From assembly GCA_001179505.1 (NCBI GenBank), contig CDMY01000848.1:1-15584 (forward strand): a DNA stretch of 15,584 bases, written 5' to 3'. The stretch's first letter is position 1, and each line of letters starts with the position of its first letter. The position numbers and the translations under genes were made by a program. Below the pieces are notes generated by a model. That model saw only the letters and a program-made list of their open reading frames with translations, had not been told where the DNA came from and searched no databases. This DNA is from Vitrella brassicaformis CCMP3155 (lineage: Eukaryota > Protista > Chromerida). Positions 1 to 7,571 of the stretch are shown here, piece by piece.

Positions 1-942
1 CTGGTCCATATGTCTCCCTCGCATCTTGTCTAGAGGTCTGGTGTTCTCGAGGACCGATAATACTGAAACCCACACAGTCAGCCATTTCATGTGTGCCAGT
101 CCCATGACATATGCGGTCATCTCTGTGCATGACGGACCACCTGATGATGTGTTGGAGGTGAGGTTGCCCTGATGCACGGAAGTATCCACGTCATCTGGGC
201 CATCGGCCGAAGTCACGTGTCGGCTCCTCGGCGCGTGCCGGCGGACGGTGTTGCCTTGGGATACGGGTCCGGCAGAGGCGGAGCCTATGAGAAGGGCGAC
301 GAAAAGCACCAGAATGGCCATCAGTGGCGTCACGACAAGAAGCTGGCCCCCGCACCGACAACACACGAACAGACCACGGAAGGGACACAGAGATGTGTGT
401 GACGAAGGTGGTGCACCACTGAGTGCTTTCACCTGGAGCAGCGGTGCCGATGACTTGTCCGGATCCTGATGCTGCCTTGGGACCAGATCTTCTGTGAGGA
501 GGGATTCGATTAGCCGGTTTTTTTTTGGTAAATGTCTCTTTGGGTAAATCTGGCGAGCGGGGTATATTTCCGTCAAACACGACGAGACGAGGACAGCCGA
601 GCCCGGAGTGAAACACGCTGGCCCGAATGCACTTTTCTCTGTTGAGCGGAGAAGATGGGACGCTAGTTTGCATTTGAACAAGTGTTCTGTCCAAAAAGTT
701 ACAATGATCGACATGTGAGAGGCATTGAACAAGTGCCCTGATGTGTCACTATCTTTTGTTCTTTGTATCATGTCATAAGTGAAGCATGTCAAAGTGACAT
801 CATGTCATGCCATTTTCAGAGTGTATTGCATGCATGACCGTGTAAGGATTTAATGCGATTTGATATTGACACGAGTATGACAAAGAACATGAATGTCACG
901 GCAACTAGACGGCAAAATAGTTTGGAGTTCCTCCTGTTCTTT

Positions 943-1058
943 GTCAGATCCATCTATCTCCCTCTTGCCAAGCCCCCAATCCATCCATCCATCCATCCCT
1001 CCCTCCCTCCTCTACTATCTAACAAGCAACGTAATCCAAGCCCATGTTTCGGTTGTCT
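943..1058 (+). repeat. Left arm of a ~110-bp inverted repeat (partner 1758-1866)
   Basis: GTCAGATCCATCTATCTCCCTCTTGC (943-968) is the exact reverse complement of 1841-1866. ACTATCTAACAAGCAACGTAATCCAAGCCCAT (1014-1045) is the exact reverse complement of 1773-1804. Both arms carry a (CCAT)n tract between these blocks, and TCGGTTGTCT (1049-1058) matches 1758-1767. Confidence 0.92.
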
Positions 1059-1689
1059 TCTCTCGTGGGTCGCACCCCTCCCTCTCCCTCTCTCTACTAT
1101 CATCCACGTGCGCGACCACCAGCGGGCGTACACAAGCAACCTCAGCCTCAACGGGGAGAGACATCATCTCCAGGTGACTCAGGTGAGCATCAAGCTTACG
1201 CACTGACTTCAAAGTGCGAGAACCTTAAGGTATGAACGGGAGGTCAAATCATCGGTATGGCTTGCGACGCACAAGGGTGGCAAGGGTAAAAATGACTTGC
1301 GTGCATTCTCTGGGTATAACAACCGGGAGTGTGCACAGGCAAGAAAAAATTCAGAATTCCTTTTCACTCACTATGTCTTTGTTGTCAGGGACGTGTCCGG
1401 CGACCGACATATTCGAGAAACCACCCATTACTCTAAACTCGAGGCGAGCGTGGGACCGGATGGTTTCCCCTCAGTGGGCATCGCCAGCTTCTGGTAAGGA
1501 CATAACTACTGTAGCCTCAGCCCTTTCCGTCGTCCTCCTGGTGTTTGTTGCAGCGCAAGTTCCTTGCCGGCACCACATCCACGGGATCTGCGGGCGGACA
1601 AGGTGACGCGGATCAACTACCGCCAGGTGTGGGAGTCGGATCCAGTGCGGGCGTGGCAGACATACGACGTAGAAGGTAGCTGGGAGTAG
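1044..1689 (+). other. Candidate small spliced gene or gene remnant inside the inverted repeat; product unknown
   Basis: ATG at 1044 (MFRLSSLVGR...), GTGAGC donor at 1183, TTGTCAG acceptor ending 1389, GTAAGG donor at 1494, TTGTTGCAG acceptor ending 1553. Exon phases allow more than one reading and no domain is confidently recognised. Confidence 0.2.
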
Positions 1690-1757
1690 ACGGCCATTCG
1701 CGTATCCACGTGAGCATGACGTCCACCACTCTGTGTGCTGGCAATGTCATTGCCCAG

Positions 1758-1866
1758 AGACAACCGACAAAGATGGGCTTGGATTACGTTGCTTGTTAGA
1801 TAGTTGAGAAGGGATGGATGGATGGGTGGATGGATGGATAGCAAGAGGGAGATAGATGGATCTGAC
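1758..1866 (-). repeat. Right arm of the ~110-bp inverted repeat (partner 943-1058)
   Basis: Two exact reverse-complement blocks (26 bp and 32 bp) shared with the left arm. The ATG of the left arm (CCCATGTTT) reads CCCATCTTT here. Confidence 0.92.
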
Positions 1867-2051
1867 TGAGTCGTCGTTTTGCACTATCATTGGGATCTAG
1901 AATAGTATCACATTGATAGTCGCATAGAGGCATCAATGTGAAGTCACTGCCTTAAACATGCGCATAGTGTCATCTGGTAGGTCGATATACAGTCGACTGC
2001 TTTTAGTAACACTCGACAAAGAATCAATCCAGATACACGAATAATCCTCAG

Positions 2052-3417
2052 TTACTCGACGAACACAGGGTTGTCTGTGCTGAGCAGCCGTTTTTCCCTT
2101 TCGCACGCCAGCCGCTCGTACTTGCTCAGCGAGAACATGTGGCGGTGCGCGTACCCTTCGTAGTGCTTGAGTTTGACAATCTGGTCGGCACCGAGGCGGG
2201 CCTCGAGCAGCTCGTCTATCTCGCCCTGGTCATTGATCAATCCGTGAACAACTCGAGGCTCAGGCATCGACAGTGAGCAGGTTGCATGCTTACTGGAGGG
2301 GTGTCTGGTGAGAGGAGGAATTCGGCGTTGTCGGAGCAAATATGGAAGCCCCAAGGAGCACCGAACGAGGGAATGTCTATTCGGTAGGGACACACGTGTG
2401 CGAACACCTGAAAACACACAGGTAACACCCAGAGTTTTTGTCCAGCTGTCCGTACCTTCTTGAGTGTTTGGTTTATGACAGTAAATCCCTCTGTGATCAT
2501 GTTGACGGAGCACGCGGTGCTCTGCGTGCACAGTACTCCGTGCTCCCGCAGACTATCTCGCTTGAGCTTCTGGTAGAACTCTTTCGTGTACAGCACCCAG
2601 CCGGGGCCAGCTTCGATCGGGTCGGAGATGTCCATGATGACGACGTCGAAACGTTCACCGCTGGTCGCCAGGTATTTGCCCGCATCGTCGTATATGACCT
2701 CCACGCGCGGGTCGTCGTAGACACCGCCATTCCATTCAGGCAAATTGTCCCTGCACGCACATGCAGATGCAGGAACGAAACAGCGATACGGCGACACCCC
2801 AACTCTTCCGTGAGTAACCTGCACATCTTGACAGCGATTTGGTCGATGTCGACCATAACGACTCTCTTGACGTTCTTGTGCCTGAGCACCTCCCGCAGAG
2901 TGGCGCCTTCACCGCCGCCCCCTATGAAGACCGCCTCAGGATGCGGGTGAGACAACAGCGCGGGGTGAACAAGTGACTCGTGGTACAGGCACTCGTCGCT
3001 CTGCGCAGATTGCATCTTGTTGTCAAGCACCTGGTGATATGCAGTGCAATACCGCCATCATAATCATGCCCGAATTGCATACTGACCAGAACTTTCCCAA
3101 AGTGCTTTGTGCTAAAGATCTGCACGCTCTGGAACTTGGACCGTCCATTGAACAGCACAGACGTAATGGGCATCGAGTAGTACCTGCAGCAGAAAAGCCC
3201 GTCTTCCAGGTCTGACCCATTCGGCAAGTTTCGGCGTTTACAGGTCCTTGGCCACTTACAGGTCCTTGGCGAGATGCTCTCGATAATGCAGCGCCGGCAG
3301 TTCTGCTATCCCCTTGGCTTCCACTCCATCCGCCCCCCCTTCGTGCGGGTGCGGTTTGCTTCCTTTATTCGTCTGGTCACCATATGCAGACGTGTTCCAA
3401 CCAAATTCTGCATACAT
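2052..3417 (-). CDS. speE: Polyamine aminopropyltransferase (spermidine/thermospermine synthase family, ACL5/Thermus SpeE-like), 6 exons, ~349 aa
   Basis: Exons 3417-3260, 3183-3087, 3030-2819, 2750-2456, 2407-2294, 2225-2052 total 1050 nt. All introns are GT-AG (76, 56, 68, 48, 68 nt) and phases are compatible. The spliced protein contains [104 protein letters not shown] and C-terminal HMFSLSKY...STDNPVFV. The start at 3417 is the first in-frame ATG after an upstream stop and is less certain than the core. Confidence 0.95.
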
Positions 3418-3479
3418 CGTTGATTCCGTACGTCAGTAGAGCCGGCATTCCGTTTCACGGTGGACCCTTGACATTGAAT

Positions 3480-3750
3480 AATGTGAATGCACAGACCAGT
3501 ATATCAACAGCGATAATGTAATGTCTCTGTACAATCTATCAACCCAATCCATCAACCATCATGTTGATGAATTGTACAGACTGTACAACATGCTTCTTCC
3601 TCATGGGACGCTCACTATCATTTACGGCGGGCTGCTCTGCTGCTACCCTTGCCGACAAACGTGTAGTGCCTTGACTCCATGGCCCGCCGGTGTGCGATGG
3701 CCATCTGCTTGGCCTTCTCGAAGCCAGCCTCTTGGTGTGGTGAGGCATCG
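3480..3750 (-). pseudogene. ApiAP2-family 3'-end relic: AP2 helix, frameshifted tail and shared 3' non-coding motif
   Basis: Minus strand reads EAGFEKAKQMAIAHRRAMESRHYTF (AP2 C-terminal helix type), then shifts frame to AAEQPAVNDSERPMRKK. 3690-3480 aligns by eye with 5692-5913 (+). No upstream AP2 beta-strands are recognisable. Confidence 0.8.
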
Positions 3751-3856
3751 ATAGTATCTACGAGTGTGTGTTGCGTTAGTTGTCTATGTCTGCTTGGAGG
3801 CGCGGGAGCCTCACAAGGGGCTGAGACTCCGCTCGCCCCGTGTGAAGGTGTGTGGC

Positions 3857-3882
3857 ATGGATGTTTTCATGAAAACATCCAT
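3857..3882. repeat. Perfect 26-bp palindrome
   Basis: ATGGATGTTTTCA|TGAAAACATCCAT is its own reverse complement. Confidence 0.97.
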
Positions 3883-3907
3883 ACGTGGGATATCTTCTGG
3901 CGGGTTC

Positions 3908-3930
3908 CATGCACATGGTACATGTGCATG
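3908..3930. repeat. Hairpin with 10-bp arms and a 3-nt loop
   Basis: CATGCACATG-GTA-CATGTGCATG; the arms are exact reverse complements. Confidence 0.9.
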
Positions 3931-4192
3931 TGTGTGAAGGAGCTTCACGCGTTTTCATCCATATTGCGATGACGCCAGCAAGAGGGAAACGCATGAAACT
4001 CGTGGGTGGGAGGAATCAAAGAATGGCACATCGCTCGGACTCATGCATATGGCCGCATCTCGCGACGTGCACGGTTTGCGATGACGTAACACACTTGTTG
4101 GCCGTCTAGACGTGGACATGTGGACACTACATACATACCGCAAGTCACCTGATGATACCATAAAGACACAGCGAGCCCATCATCAGGCGTCC

Positions 4193-5281
4193 CTATCTCT
4201 TGTCGTCTCCTCCTTGATTCTTGCTCTCTTCGGCAGCTGCCTTGGTGACATCATGCCATGACGGTGGCAAGTCTCGACGCTGCAGCCCGCTGCGGCTGTA
4301 TGCGCTTCTGTCATCCATAAGACACTCCCACTGCTGGGGGCAGTCCTTGGCCGTCCGTTCGCTGCCCGGCCTCACAATGGCCCAGCACAGCGTCTCACGA
4401 GACAGTGGCTGCCACTCAATCGGTCTGTCCATCGCAAAGGCCTCGCGTGGTGGGGGCTTCAAGAGCTGGTAAGTGCCCAGATCGTATGCTACTCTAATGA
4501 AAGGGAAAGTCAGCACCCGGTGGAAACCAATTCTCGCGTAGTCCTTGCAGAGGAGACTGCACTAGGACGCAGAGCACTCTCGGTCGACGGAGCAGCCAAC
4601 GATGCCATCGCGGCTTCGACGAAAGCGAGCGTTGTGTGCGATGAAGGGGATGGGGTTGAGAGCAGCAGCGCCGTTCCAGCAGCAGCCGACTTGAAGAGGC
4701 TTGCCGCTTTGAAGCTGCCGCCAATTTGAGTAGGCGAATGACCCCCACGGATTGCCGTCTCTATCTCGAAATACCCACTGAAGCAGTCACACAAGGACAC
4801 CTGCAATGAGAATAGCACGAAATGGAATTGTCCCTTTCCACCCACCGTGTCGTAGAAATCCACAGCTCCCGGATCGTGGTCGGCGGTCGTGTAATCCATC
4901 CCACACGCGATGTCCGCCTCGTTGTGCAGCGACTGGTGCAACAGCTCAATGATGTCATGCTCGCAGAAGTAGATGTCGTTGAGGGCCCAGCAGTTCCTTC
5001 AGCAAAACAACCGCTGGCTTTCTTTCTTCGCGCATGTCGCTCGGGGACTTCTGAAGGGAGGTAGGGACGCGCAAGTGATCCAGAAACTCGTGGAAAGTGG
5101 CGAATTCTGTGCTCGACGACTGGATTAGGTGCAGCAGCCGCTGTGGTGTATCCGTATCTGCACCCTCCAATGCCAATGATGAGACCGGCCTGGCAAATAA
5201 GGCAAGCCACACGACAGGCCTTGCAATGAGGGCCAAGGCCCGGAATGTTGTCGTCAACTTGAAGTGTTGACACCGACTCAT
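4193..5281 (-). pseudogene. Degraded, apparently intronless ORF of unknown family with about two frameshifts
   Basis: Three long open minus-strand segments (ORFs 4955-5308, 4510-4941, 4193-4516) can be joined. Removing one C at ~4984 gives ...KELLGLNDIYFCEHDIIELLHQSLHNEADI.... A second shift near 4550-4570 leads into CKDYARIGFHRVLTFPFIR.... ATG at 5281. No domain recognised. Confidence 0.5.
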
Positions 5282-5491
5282 CTCACAGGCCGATCTCTCA
5301 CGGGACAATAGTTGGAAAGATCCTGAAGATCCTTGTTACAAGGACTTCCGAGTGGATTTCCCACCAAAGTGCTAAAAGTAGGAGCTCAGAATCGAGCCTC
5401 AGGTGGCTCTCACAAAATGAAACTCATACAATTGAAACTGCACCGCAGAGCTCCGACCCTATTGCGAGCTCTAAGCCGAGGGCCAGTCTCT

Positions 5492-5523
5492 CACGTTTGT
5501 GCGAGGACACGTTTGTGCGAGGA
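5492..5523. repeat. Exact 16-bp tandem duplication
   Basis: CACGTTTGTGCGAGGA at 5492-5507 and 5508-5523. Confidence 0.95.
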
Positions 5524-5682
5524 GCCGATTTGCGATTTAGAAGTTGGTTAAACCTTTTGGGCTTTTGTTGGGTTTGAGACCTGTCCCCTCTATTTCCCGG
5601 TCCACAAACGCATCAACACATGCTTGCCCCACTTGGCGTTCTTGTACATCCAGTGCGCAGAACTACACAACATGGCTGCGTG

Positions 5683-5913
5683 TACCGCTTGCCGGCAGGC
5701 CATGGTGTCAAGGCACTACACATTTGTCGACAAGGAGGCAGAGTCAGAGCAGCCCGCCGTAGACGATAGTGAGGAGCGCCCGAAGAAAAAGAGGAAGAGT
5801 AGGGGAGAGAATGAGTGAGGGTTGTTTATAGATTCAATTATTAGATTGGTTGGATAGATCGTACAGAAACATTACATTACCGCTGTTGATATAATGGTCT
5901 GTGCATTCACATT
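5683..5913 (+). pseudogene. ApiAP2-family 3'-end relic: last helix turn, acidic/basic tail, stop and shared 3' motif
   Basis: Reads TACRQAMVSRHYTFVDKEAESEQPAVDDSEERPKKKRKSRGENE*. Homologous to 3480-3690 (-) and to the tail of 5945-7069 (AIAYRQAM...AAEQP...RKKRRKG*). The rest of the AP2 domain is missing. Confidence 0.8.
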
Positions 5914-5944
5914 GAGCATATGTTTTACGTGACTGAGCAAGGAG

Positions 5945-7069
5945 ATGTCGCGGCAGCGGGCGCTGATCGAGCGTTGTGCGAGAATGGCCATAGTTGATTT
6001 CTACCACATCTACGTCGCCCCTCATGAGCATGGGTAAGAAAGGAACGGAATGTATCCAGATATGCAAGGCACTTATCTAATCTGTTGTTTTCACAGGGAT
6101 GCCGGCCCGTTGATGTCTGACGCAGACTATCGTGCGATGTGTAGTGCCGTGAGAATTTAGCATCCGCCTACACCAATTTACGTTGATTCGTTTCTTTTAC
6201 AGAGGGCCCGGAAGGCAAACCGCACATTCCATCTGAGGATGTTGCGCGAGTTGGGGGAGGAGGACTTCATCAAGTGGAAAAAGCACGTATGTGAATGCAT
6301 AGATAGCACGACAGAAAGGACACAGCATTGCTTCGTCCCTGTGGGTGTGTTACGATTATAGTATTACTCCCGCAAGCGAGCCGGCAAGGAGGGCCCACAG
6401 GGACGCCACCGCAGGACGGCCAAGACCAGACAGACTGTCGTCGACGTCGCGGGTCAGGAAATGAGAGGAAAGGCGACACCTGTGTTCTCATGTGTGTGTG
6501 GATTTGCGGCAGCACACCAGTCTGATGTGCCGGGTGTTTCCTGGCACGAGAATACCCAGGCCTGGGTGGCTTCATAGCACGAGGGCGGCAAGCCGAAGTT
6601 CGAGAACTTCTACGTCAGTGAGCACGGCTTCCACAAGGCCAAGGTAACCACTTAATCGGCTGAACTTCATGCTGTTATGTCAGCCTCATGTTGCACCTAT
6701 ATGTATGTGTGTATGTCAGGCGTTGGCTGAGGAGCACCGTCTCGAGATGGTGGCCACCGGGCGAGCGGCTGTGCAGGAGCGGGCTGAGCGCCAGAGCGGC
6801 GTCAGGGGCGTCACGTACGACAAGAGCAGGCACCGATGCAGGCCAGATGGCACGAGGGCGGCAGGGAGAGGACCAAGTCGTTTCCCATCAATGAGGACGA
6901 CCCCGACAAGGCCCTGCAGGAGGCCATCGCATACCGTCAGGCCATGGTGGCGCTGCACAACCAGCCTGTGGAAAGTGTAGCAGCAGAGCAGCCCGATGAG
7001 ATGTCAGTAGATGACGAGGAGGAGGAGATGGTTAGTCGCAAGACTCGCAAGAAGAGGAGGAAGGGATGA
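5945..7069 (+). pseudogene. ApiAP2-type transcription factor with two AP2 domains; nonsense codon plus frameshift
   Basis: Exons 5945-6033, 6097-6148, 6203-6286, 6362-6452, 6513-6643, 6720-7069, with phase-compatible GT-AG introns of 63, 54, 75, 60, 76 nt. AP2-1 is HQSDVPGVSWHENTQAWVAS*HEGGKPKFENFYVSEHGFHKAKALAEEHR, with TAG at 6575-6577 where Trp is expected. AP2-2 is QSGVRGVTYDKSRHR/WQARWHEGGRERTKSFPINEDDPDKALQEAIAYRQAM, with a 1-nt deletion at ~6838. C-terminal basic NLS-like RKTRKKRRK. Confidence 0.9.
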
Positions 7070-7460
7070 GAGTCAATGAGGGTCGTTGATTGTAGCCACG
7101 TGTTGATAGATTGTGCAGATTTGTGCATATACATTTGCTATCAGACTTGCCTGGCTATGTGTGTATAATGAATGAATGAATGGATGAGAAGCCAAACTTA
7201 GCCATGTACGGACGTAAATGGGAAAATCGTTATATGGGAAATGTCCCATTTATCCGTTGTGAATGTTGCGCATTTCCCAAGCCGGTGACATTCATTCATT
7301 GTGAGCCGTCGCAATGAAGAATCCGACCCATGAGACTGAGCATTCGTCCTGTACACAATGCGAATCACAATGTGTAAGTCACAATCCCTCAGGTGTTACA
7401 TCCTCCTTGCTGGCGGTACGTGAGACGGTCAGATAGGCCGTGTGTCTTTGCAAGGTTATG

Positions 7461-7541
7461 CTACCGCCGCTGTCTCGGTCTGAAGAGGCTCTCATACTCG
7501 ATCAGCAGCCATGCGAGGTAGCAATGATAGTCTTCAAACCT
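7461..7541 (-). pseudogene. Isolated 3' fragment of a CAP10/GT90 glycosyltransferase paralog
   Basis: Reads RFEDYHCYLAWLLIEYESLFRPRQRR*. 7467-7532 matches 12834-12899 at 60/66 nt with an identical 22-aa translation. Confidence 0.9.
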
Positions 7542-7571
7542 CACAGCGACCCATGTTACTTTAGATCTCAC

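Noticed and set aside
510-660. A/T-run and CG-rich segment resembling 15230-15430, a possible transposon terminus
   Set aside because: Only very short matches (GCGAGCGG); no alignable TIR or TSD.
2-694. Open frames at the left edge (2-172 +, and ORFs 172-402, 191-694, 248-469), including GGCGTCACGACAAGAAG, which resembles the AP2 GVTYDK coding sequence
   Set aside because: No recognisable domain. The AP2-like match is under 20 nt, gapped, and has no flanking similarity.
700-900. TGCATGCA, CATG-rich and GTGCAC-like words resembling known ApiAP2 binding motifs
   Set aside because: Short motifs expected by chance in TG/CA-rich intergenic DNA; enrichment cannot be shown here.
1554-1603. VPCRHHIHGICGRT looks like the start of a CCCH zinc finger
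   Set aside because: The third Cys and the His are absent, and an alternative exon phase reads equally well.
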